NCBI GenBank assembly: GCA_964001155.1
Contig: CAXFCD010000052.1
Coordinates: forward strand, 1 to 37,849
From: an uncultured bacterium
GTDB lineage: Bacteria > Fidelibacterota > Marinisomatia > Marinisomatales > UBA1611
Direction: 5' to 3'
DNA length: 37,849 nt
How positions within the stretch are numbered: the stretch's first letter is position 1; every line of letters starts with the position of its first letter. A program made the translations under genes and the position numbers. Shown one piece after another: positions 9,566 through 16,896 of this stretch. The notes under the pieces were generated by a model. It saw nothing but the letters and a program-made list of their open reading frames with translations. It was not told the DNA's origin and did no database searches.

Positions 9566-10961
9566 AAATCAACACTTCTAAAATGCGATCTTGGAGACGA
9601 TGATATTCTTTAGATGATCCAACATAACCATTCATGAGTATTGAGAATGCCAAAGGTCCATATTTAGGAGAAAAAGCATATCCAGATAAACAACTAACAC
9701 CAGATAGGCTTCCCGTCTTTGCTCTTATGTTCGAACCTGTTGTTTTAAATCTCTTTTCCAAAGTTCCACCTTTTGAACCACCTCCGGGCAGCACATCAAT
9801 GAAATTATCTTTATAGGGACTGTGATACAGATAGGTGAGAAGTTGAATAAAATGATCTGCAGAAGTGAGGTTGTAGCGGGATACACCAGAGCCATCGGCA
9901 ATTCGAATATCCGATGTGTCAATCCCAGCAGAATCAGCTAAAAATGATCTTACTTTTTTTATTCCATCTTCCCAATTTCCCGGGTTTTCTTCATCAATGC
10001 CCATCGTTTTCATGAAAAGTTCCGCTGTAAGGTTATCGCTTTCATTCATCAGATTTTTGGCAGAATAAAATAGTGAATCCGATATGTGAGAAGTTACTTT
10101 TTCTGCAATTTCTGGTGTTGCTCCTATGGATATTTGATTTACAGTTATTCCATACTTCATTAACATTTCTTTCAGGACTGTTCCTGCAAATAAAGGAGGG
10201 TGTACGATATTTCTGACGAGGGTATCCGCAGATTCATTTATCAATTTTTCACCTGTAACAATAAACTTATTCGTTCGCCCTGCCCAGTCTCGGACAACTT
10301 TAAATTTTTTAAAATCAACTGTATCATTGACAGTGATAGATTGATTATCAATTTGTATAAAGTCTGTTTTCGGTTTGGTGGATATTGATACAGTTTTCCC
10401 GACACGATTTGGGTGAACAAAAAAATCTATACAATTATCATCCAATGAAAGTGCACTCACGGGAGCAGCATACCACCAAGGACCCTCATCCCACATCCAG
10501 CCTTCGCCGTAATGGAGTGTATCCATCAAACTTTCATCTACAAAAAGTGTGTCCACACTTTTAATATTTCCTGCTGCAATTTTGGCGAGGGAGTCCAAAT
10601 GTTCCAGCGAAAAGTCCGGATCACCGCCACCTCTCAAGTAAAGATTCTTATTATTTCTATAGATGGATGTTTCAAAAGTAAAGTCGGGGCCAAGGTTAAC
10701 TATAGAAGCAGCACATGTATATAATTTATTGTTGCTGGCGGGCATTAGCTTCTTACCGCTGTTTAATGAATAGATAATCTCGCCTGAATTGAGCGATGTC
10801 ACTTTTATGCTCATGTTCACATCGAGGTCAGAGTCTATAATAAATGAATTGATGGATTTTTTTAGAGCATAGTTGCCCATATTGTTAAACAATGCAGGAT
10901 GAGGAGCACAAGAAAAGGCCACATACAGAGCTGTAAAAAATAGAAGTTTAATTTTTGTCAA
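9558..10961 (-). CDS. dacB: D-alanyl-D-alanine carboxypeptidase/endopeptidase, PBP4 family (peptidase S13)
   Basis: SxxK (PASNNKL), SxN (DGSGVSRYN) and KTG (KTGSLSG) boxes occur in the correct order. Signal/lipoprotein-like N-terminus. It overlaps ldcA by 8 nt. Confidence 0.85.
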   Translation of the reverse strand: MTKIKLLFFTALYVAFSCAPHPALFNNMGNYALKKSINSFIIDSDLDVNMSIKVTSLNSGEIIYSLNSGKKLMPASNNKLYTCAASIVNLGPDFTFETSIYRNNKNLYLRGGGDPDFSLEHLDSLAKIAAGNIKSVDTLFVDESLMDTLHYGEGWMWDEGPWWYAAPVSALSLDDNCIDFFVHPNRVGKTVSISTKPKTDFIQIDNQSITVNDTVDFKKFKVVRDWAGRTNKFIVTGEKLINESADTLVRNIVHPPLFAGTVLKEMLMKYGITVNQISIGATPEIAEKVTSHISDSLFYSAKNLMNESDNLTAELFMKTMGIDEENPGNWEDGIKKVRSFLADSAGIDTSDIRIADGSGVSRYNLTSADHFIQLLTYLYHSPYKDNFIDVLPGGGSKGGTLEKRFKTTGSNIRAKTGSLSGVSCLSGYAFSPKYGPLAFSILMNGYVGSSKEYHRLQDRILEVLIYD

Positions 10962-11622
10962 AAGGCTCCCCTTTTAATTTTTCCAGGAATCGATCCAGAA
11001 TCCGTGTACCAAATTGGAATGCCGGGTGAAATCTATCTTCTAAAACACCACTTCTTTTTGCAAAAGCATATGTCGCTTCGATGTGGGGTTGGACTCCCCA
11101 AATTGGCTTTGATTGATGAGTAATCCCATCAATTTTAACCATTTCACTGGAGATTGAAATTTCAAATTCAGAAGGACAAATTGTAACACCTTCACGATGT
11201 GAATAAATAAGGTCTCCTTCTGCGGAATCTTCCAATATTGAGTGGCTGTTGAGTTTTACCTGTCTGGTTCCTCTTTTTTTTTCATTATCATCCCAAAGAT
11301 AATCGATTGTTCCGCCAAACATATTAGCGATGAATTGATGGCCAAAACATATCCCAAGAGTCGGAATATAATGAGCAAAGGCTTGTTCCATTATTGTATA
11401 AATATTTGTCAACCACTTATGTTTATCGTAAACGGATGCAGCACTTCCCATTAAAATAATCCCGCATGTCTCGCCGATCACTTCATCCATACTTTTGGGA
11501 TCAAATAAAGCAGGTAAATGATACGTAGTGGGTACAGGGGATCGAGATGAAATATGGTTATATGATTGTAATTCTGGTTCAATCAGGGACGGGTCTATAA
11601 CCATTAAGGATTTTAAATTCAT
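10948..11622 (-). CDS. Class-I glutamine amidotransferase-like protein (GuaA-type GATase1 / peptidase C26-like)
   Basis: Nucleophile elbow LGICFGHQ and downstream QPHIE (His-x-Glu) are present. 224 aa with no synthetase domain. It overlaps dacB by 14 nt. Confidence 0.7.
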   Translation of the reverse strand: MNLKSLMVIDPSLIEPELQSYNHISSRSPVPTTYHLPALFDPKSMDEVIGETCGIILMGSAASVYDKHKWLTNIYTIMEQAFAHYIPTLGICFGHQFIANMFGGTIDYLWDDNEKKRGTRQVKLNSHSILEDSAEGDLIYSHREGVTICPSEFEISISSEMVKIDGITHQSKPIWGVQPHIEATYAFAKRSGVLEDRFHPAFQFGTRILDRFLEKLKGEPFDKN

Positions 11623-11631
11623 ATCTGGTAA

Positions 11632-13755
11632 TTATTTAAGGAGAAGAATTTTATTTGAAGCAATCCTTTGTCCATTTTTTTCAAATTGAATGAAATAAGG
11701 TCCTGATGTTAACCTGTTTCGGATGTTATTTGGTAAAGTAAAAGTCATTTCTTCTGATCGTGTAAAGGAAAGATTTTTCCCCCATACCAGTTGCCCAAGA
11801 ATATTGAATAATTTTATTTGGTACAATCCAATTTCCGCATTTATTTGAAATATACCATTGCTGTTAAATGGATTTGGGTAAAAGGACAAAGTTGATTTTG
11901 TTGGAATTAATTTATCAGTTGGGATTGCAAGTGTTGTATCTACCAAAAATTCCAGGGCTCGATTAAAATATTCAATTTTGTCATTTTCCTCTAATATTTC
12001 CAATGGGATTGAGGATAATAAGGAAGGTGGATCTGCTACACCAACGCCAAAGATAATTCCTGAAGTATCTATGACAATTGGGTAAGATAAAGTTTCATCC
12101 AATATTCCTGCAAAGCTATTTAGGCTGTCAATTCCCGTTGTTGTAATTAAGTTTGAAGTTGAAAAATTATTATAAGGAACATCAATACCAATAATTTCAC
12201 TAGGGATGGGTTGGGAACTGCCGAATTCAACTTCAAGATAGTTTTGTAAAAACTCTATACCGGAGGATGACATCATAAGTGATTCGCTCAGTTTTGATCC
12301 GAGGATCCAAAAAGAAGAGTTTGTTAATTGGTTAATTAATCCAACAGGAATAGGTTTAATTGAATTTCCCGTAAGAACAATAGGCAAATAGGTTGTAGAA
12401 ATTGTATAGGATGTATCTATCGCAAAAATTGTATCATTAACAGTTTCAATTCCGATTCCATGACTATCTGCCAACAATCCTATTCCTCCTGCAAATGGGA
12501 ATTCTGAGGAGCCGTCTTGCTTACCAAAGGAATCAATAATTAATAATCTTTTTCCAAATTGGCTGTGACGAAATACAAAAATATCAGAAACGTCACTTTC
12601 ATTTGGAAATGACGCATTATCCACGGCAGACATCCTAAAAAATCCTGTATAACTATTAAATGATTCAGCTTGAAATTGTGTTATTTCTTGTGTTAAAAAA
12701 TCCTCGTCATGCGTGTTATACCACGTTTCCATATCATAACTGAAATAAAGGCGATACCCTGCCAAATCATCTTCTGTATTGGCAAGCCATGTTATATTGA
12801 ATCCATTACCTTCTTGAAGAATTGAAACCATTTTCGGAATGGCGGGCGGGCTTGTATCTTGTGCAACAACTTCAAAAACCACATCCATAGTATCTGCATT
12901 TAAATATTGGTCAAATGCATAGATCCTGGCAGTATAATTACCAATGTTCCAATCTGTAACATTTAAAGAATTGTTTGAATAAAGGTTGTTAGAAACGATA
13001 TATAGATAAGTGCTAGTACTGGAGCCCGGGAAATAAACATTACTAATATAACTATCCGAAACAGGAATTTCATCAAATTGAAAGGGTAGATGTGGACCAT
13101 AAGTAGATTCACCATCACCGTTAAATATTTCAAATCCTATTTTATAAATTCCATTATTATCACTGATGGGCCCCTCATCAGTTCGATCCGTAGATTTACA
13201 AACAATATCTACTAAACCCGTCACCCTATTATTTACAAATTGAGATGTACTATTATCCTGATAAAATTTGACCCAATGTGTTTGAGGATCAAAATTATCA
13301 TCTAAAGGATTTAAACCACCATCAAGTCGAATAGCATTTATCTCATTACCTGGAAATCCATCTTTAAAATGGATATGATTCCATGAATTAGTCCAGCCTA
13401 AGACAGTCTCATATGCAGTAATATTATCGCCCACATTTAGTGCAGGGTTTGGGTCCACATGGACATAAGCATACCTTCCAACTCGAACCCAAGAATTAAT
13501 TCCGTAATTATTGACCGTCCCAATACTGGTTACTGTACCATTTATTACAGAATAAACTGCGTTTCCTTGGGGTAGATGTATATCAACTCCATCGTGAAAG
13601 TGGTCGATATTTCCTGATGAGCCGGAACGACATTCGCAAAATGTTCCATTAATCCAATGAGGTTCGTTGAAAGGTTCGCAGGGCCAATTATAAGATTGGG
13701 AAAATAGAAGTCTAAATAGACAGATTAAGCTTATAAAGAGTTTCAGACGACACAT
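11632..13755 (-). CDS. Secreted M23-family metallopeptidase with Ig/FN3-like domains, an uncharacterised ~200-aa domain and a T9SS C-terminal sorting domain
   Basis: Signal peptide present. M23 motifs are HxxxD (HDGVD) and HxH (NHIHF). An FN3-like segment runs PPAIPKMVSILQEGNGFNITW...YRLYFS. The tail is FYPNPFNS...ILLLK. Confidence 0.8.
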   Translation of the reverse strand: MCRLKLFISLICLFRLLFSQSYNWPCEPFNEPHWINGTFCECRSGSSGNIDHFHDGVDIHLPQGNAVYSVINGTVTSIGTVNNYGINSWVRVGRYAYVHVDPNPALNVGDNITAYETVLGWTNSWNHIHFKDGFPGNEINAIRLDGGLNPLDDNFDPQTHWVKFYQDNSTSQFVNNRVTGLVDIVCKSTDRTDEGPISDNNGIYKIGFEIFNGDGESTYGPHLPFQFDEIPVSDSYISNVYFPGSSTSTYLYIVSNNLYSNNSLNVTDWNIGNYTARIYAFDQYLNADTMDVVFEVVAQDTSPPAIPKMVSILQEGNGFNITWLANTEDDLAGYRLYFSYDMETWYNTHDEDFLTQEITQFQAESFNSYTGFFRMSAVDNASFPNESDVSDIFVFRHSQFGKRLLIIDSFGKQDGSSEFPFAGGIGLLADSHGIGIETVNDTIFAIDTSYTISTTYLPIVLTGNSIKPIPVGLINQLTNSSFWILGSKLSESLMMSSSGIEFLQNYLEVEFGSSQPIPSEIIGIDVPYNNFSTSNLITTTGIDSLNSFAGILDETLSYPIVIDTSGIIFGVGVADPPSLLSSIPLEILEENDKIEYFNRALEFLVDTTLAIPTDKLIPTKSTLSFYPNPFNSNGIFQINAEIGLYQIKLFNILGQLVWGKNLSFTRSEEMTFTLPNNIRNRLTSGPYFIQFEKNGQRIASNKILLLK
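11635..11889 (-). other. T9SS type-A-like C-terminal sorting domain of the M23 peptidase
   Basis: LSFYPNPFNSNGIFQINAE...YQIKLFNILGQLV...SGPYFIQFEKNGQRIASNKILLLK. Confidence 0.7.
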
Positions 13756-13758
13756 GGA

Positions 13759-14949
13759 TTAATTTGCCAGATCATATCTATGAATAGTATTATCTAATTG
13801 GATAAAAAAGGTATCCGAATTATCAATTTTTGAAAATTTCACATTTTTATACGATTTGTTGGAAATTTCATGAGTAGTGAGAGTCTCCTTTAAAAAATTA
13901 TATTGGAGAAGTTTTATATTGTCGTAAAATAATCCATTTGGGGATGGTGATAGTGATTTTGATGTGAGAATTAATAACAAATTATCATAATTCATACACT
14001 CCATAGGGAATACTTCATCATCAAATTTTATTTTAATCGGATCCATTATTTTTGATGGATCATAAATTGTTACACCATCCTTATAAATAAGAGCTAACTG
14101 CTTGTTTATCCAGATGACTTTTCGAGGCATTACTGCCAAAGGCATAGACATAATTTTATTCAAATTATTAAGGTCGAATAAAGTTAAATGAGGAATTGGA
14201 TTTATTCTTTCGGTGGGATTGGTTGTCCCAACAACAGAAACTATATTTTTTGGTGAAATGGATGTGAAATATGGTTGAACCATGTCAAAAGTGACGCTTG
14301 GTTTAGATTCTAATGATTCCTTTAATTGAAAAAATGTTACATTATTTCTGGAATTTAGTTTTGCTGTTTTCATTCCTAAGAAATATAGTTGGCTATTGTG
14401 AGATTGGCTGAGGATGACCTTCTCTGTAGTCCAGGGACTTTCACCGAAAAGATTAAATTTGCCTATCAATTCTCCATTCACATTAAAGACTGAATATGAT
14501 TGTGATTCAGCCCATAGAATAAATATTTGTTCATTAAAAATGATGATATTTGGAATCCCTGAATCATAAGGAATTTCGATTTGCCAAGGGGAATTTCTAA
14601 TTGCAAAATTTGAAATGGGTTGGAATGTTAAAATAGCCTGCTCTTTATTTTTTGGAATTATTAACGAAACAACCATTAATAGATCTGGTAATTTGTTTGC
14701 TAATACCTTTATAATCCTTCCTTTGGAGATTTCATAGATTGAATTACCATTTTTGAAAACATGTTGTTCATTATAGCTTAGAATAGCTGAATCACTTACA
14801 GATAGCACTGTTGAAGAATTTTGAAGTGTATATGATTGAACTAAAAGAGCATTGTCCTGACTGCTGATAAAACTAGGCAAAAAAAATAAAAGAAAAAGGG
14901 TGGTGGGGAATTTCATTTTATGTAGGCTCACGTTATTCTTTCCGTGCAT
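13759..14949 (-). CDS. Hypothetical secreted protein (no family recognised); the true start may be the MKF... codon at 14916
   Basis: A long ORF with no competing ORF. It has a hydrophobic N-terminal signal (MKFPTTLFLLFFLPSFISSQ) and lies 3 nt upstream of the M23 gene on the same strand. It is visibly more AT-rich than its neighbours. Confidence 0.5.
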   Translation of the reverse strand: MHGKNNVSLHKMKFPTTLFLLFFLPSFISSQDNALLVQSYTLQNSSTVLSVSDSAILSYNEQHVFKNGNSIYEISKGRIIKVLANKLPDLLMVVSLIIPKNKEQAILTFQPISNFAIRNSPWQIEIPYDSGIPNIIIFNEQIFILWAESQSYSVFNVNGELIGKFNLFGESPWTTEKVILSQSHNSQLYFLGMKTAKLNSRNNVTFFQLKESLESKPSVTFDMVQPYFTSISPKNIVSVVGTTNPTERINPIPHLTLFDLNNLNKIMSMPLAVMPRKVIWINKQLALIYKDGVTIYDPSKIMDPIKIKFDDEVFPMECMNYDNLLLILTSKSLSPSPNGLFYDNIKLLQYNFLKETLTTHEISNKSYKNVKFSKIDNSDTFFIQLDNTIHRYDLAN

Positions 14950-14960
14950 TAAATTAATAT

Positions 14961-14993
14961 AAAAAAAAAGCCCTCATAGAGGGCTTTTTTTTG
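14961..14993 (-). terminator. Rho-independent terminator (usable in both directions) downstream of the FG-GAP gene
   Basis: A9-GCCCTC-ATA-GAGGGC-T9: a perfect 6-bp GC-rich stem (14970-14975 / 14979-14984) flanked by A and T runs. Confidence 0.7.
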
Positions 14994-15006
14994 AACAGTT
15001 TGTTAT

Positions 15007-16743
15007 TTATTTCATAAATACCATTTGACGAGTTTTAGTGAGATTTCCATATCTTAGTTCATAGATATATGTTCCACTCCCGACAAGAATTCCATTTTTA
15101 TCAGTACCATTCCAAATGGCATAATGGGCTCCTGCAGTTTTTAACTCTTTATTAACCAGTTTTACAATTTCATTTCCTAACATATTATAGATAGTTAATG
15201 AAACAGTATTATTTACTGGAAGATAGTATTCGATTCGTGTAGATGGATTGAATGGATTAGGATAGTTTTGTGCAAGCCTGTAATCATCGGGCGTAATCAA
15301 AGTGATGTCTCTGATTGATGATAATGAGCCATCCCATTCAGCTAAGCGAAAAACTCTGTTTGCATCCCAATCGTAACCTGTATCTGTACTGTCATTGACA
15401 CCTTTGTAAGGAAGAGCCATCTCCCAGTTACCATCGCCATCGAAGTCGGCTAAATTGGTTTTTTGAACTGAGCCGGTTGTAGCGTCTTCTAGTGCAAAAG
15501 TACTCAAGGTCCAATGTGTTGCATCTAACGGATCTCCACCTTCAGCTAGTTCAAGAAGGTTTATGTCGCTTGCGCCGGCTGAGCCGCCCATTACAACACC
15601 AAATCCACTCGCCGCACTTACACCATGACCACCATATGCACCAAACTCGTTTATGATACTTACTTCTGAATTGGCTGTCCAGTCGCTCGTGGTATCAAGG
15701 CTTGTGGCATCGCCATCTGAATCAGTGACCACAAAAAGACTGCCGTCATAATATCCAGTAACGTAAACCTCATGCTTGCCGTCATTGTCCATATCAGCAG
15801 CGGAAGCGCCTAAGGTCCAATCGTCAGAGATACCGAGTTTTAAATAACTTGTATCACCAATAGTGTATTCATTGGCTCCCGTAGCTTCGATGAAGAACAT
15901 TGCAAGATTATTCCATGAGAAACAGGCTGCTTCAAGAAGACCATCGCCATCCGTATCACAGATTACTATATCCTGTGGACTTCCTCCACCTAAAGCATTT
16001 TCTCGGACGCCATCTTTATCAACATCACGAGGTGACATGGAGAATTCTTCTACAATAGTGGTTCCAAAGTCACCTATGTTACCGGTAACTGACATAATGA
16101 TGAACCGATCACCTGAATAAGGTGTTGAACCATCTTGAGTTCCCCAAACAGGATCACTTGTTCCGTTGTTTGCAAGAAGAATTTCATGCATACCATCTCC
16201 ATCAATATCTCCAACAGAAAATCCTTCTACTCGAGATTCAGCAAGTGAGTCATTAAGAGCGGCCATGAAGTCAACTCTGAATGCAGCTTCGGTACCATAT
16301 CCATTATCTGTTCCATCGTATTCATAGACATGCAAACCTGCGTCAGGATTCTCTGCCCCAGGCCAACGTCCTACGTGAAAGATAATTTCATGCATACCAT
16401 CTCCATCCAGGTCTCCGGTATGCACGTCGCGGGGTGCGCTAAAGTCTGCGGTTATTTCGGCAGACGCCCATACGAACGCGAATGTATCTGTTCCTGCTTC
16501 TTCAAAACAGAAAACTTGTCCACCATTTTGATAACTGGTAATCCAAACTTCCTGCATGTTGTCTCCGTCCAAGTCGGTACCAGTTAACACGCCACGACCA
16601 CCATCATAGGGTACACCGCCAAAAAGGGTATCACTTCCGGATATATTATTTGGCGCAACAGCTGTCTGAACAAAACCGCCATCAGCAGTAATCACAGTAC
16701 TTGTAATTAATAGAACGAAAAAATTAATAACTGATTTTTTCAT
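15007..16743 (-). CDS. FG-GAP/VCBS-repeat (integrin-alpha-like beta-propeller) protein with a T9SS C-terminal sorting domain
   Basis: Repeated Ca-binding DxDxDG blades: DLDGDNMQEVW, GDLDGDGMHEII, GDIDGDGMHEILL, DTDGDGLLEA, ADMDNDGKHEVYV, ADFDGDGNWEMAL. Signal peptide present. The tail is NYPNPFNPSTRIEYYLP... Confidence 0.8.
   Translation of the reverse strand: MKKSVINFFVLLITSTVITADGGFVQTAVAPNNISGSDTLFGGVPYDGGRGVLTGTDLDGDNMQEVWITSYQNGGQVFCFEEAGTDTFAFVWASAEITADFSAPRDVHTGDLDGDGMHEIIFHVGRWPGAENPDAGLHVYEYDGTDNGYGTEAAFRVDFMAALNDSLAESRVEGFSVGDIDGDGMHEILLANNGTSDPVWGTQDGSTPYSGDRFIIMSVTGNIGDFGTTIVEEFSMSPRDVDKDGVRENALGGGSPQDIVICDTDGDGLLEAACFSWNNLAMFFIEATGANEYTIGDTSYLKLGISDDWTLGASAADMDNDGKHEVYVTGYYDGSLFVVTDSDGDATSLDTTSDWTANSEVSIINEFGAYGGHGVSAASGFGVVMGGSAGASDINLLELAEGGDPLDATHWTLSTFALEDATTGSVQKTNLADFDGDGNWEMALPYKGVNDSTDTGYDWDANRVFRLAEWDGSLSSIRDITLITPDDYRLAQNYPNPFNPSTRIEYYLPVNNTVSLTIYNMLGNEIVKLVNKELKTAGAHYAIWNGTDKNGILVGSGTYIYELRYGNLTKTRQMVFMK
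15010..15276 (-). other. T9SS type-A C-terminal sorting domain of the FG-GAP protein
   Basis: LAQNYPNPFNPSTRIEYYLPVNNTVSLTIYNMLGNEIVKLV...AIWNGTDKNGILVGSGTYIYEL...RQMVFMK. Confidence 0.75.
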
Positions 16744-16896
16744 TTTTTCTCCTTGTTTTCTTTTTTTATTGTTTACTAACAGACAAATATAATTAATATT
16801 CTGGTACGATTAGTATAATTTTATTTAAATATTATTAGTTTGATATATTTGTAAACTAACAGGTTGGAATTTTGACAAAGACAAAAAGGAATATAA

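Noticed and set aside
2149-10724. Numerous 60-135-aa ORFs nested in or antisense to the NagZ fusion, SSF, GHL10, APC, SpmAB, LdcA and DacB genes (e.g. 2149-2379, 3626-3907, 6954-7292, 8209-8616, 9297-9581)
   Set aside because: All are fully contained within longer ORFs that have clear family signatures. Their sequences are atypical (Cys-, Arg- or His-rich or low complexity). They are treated as non-coding shadows.
16872-16877. Perfect TTGACA hexamer upstream of the TonB-dependent receptor gene
   Set aside because: It lies only 20 nt from the ATG, so any matching -10 element would overlap the start codon and give a leaderless transcript. It also overlaps the AAGGA ribosome-binding region.
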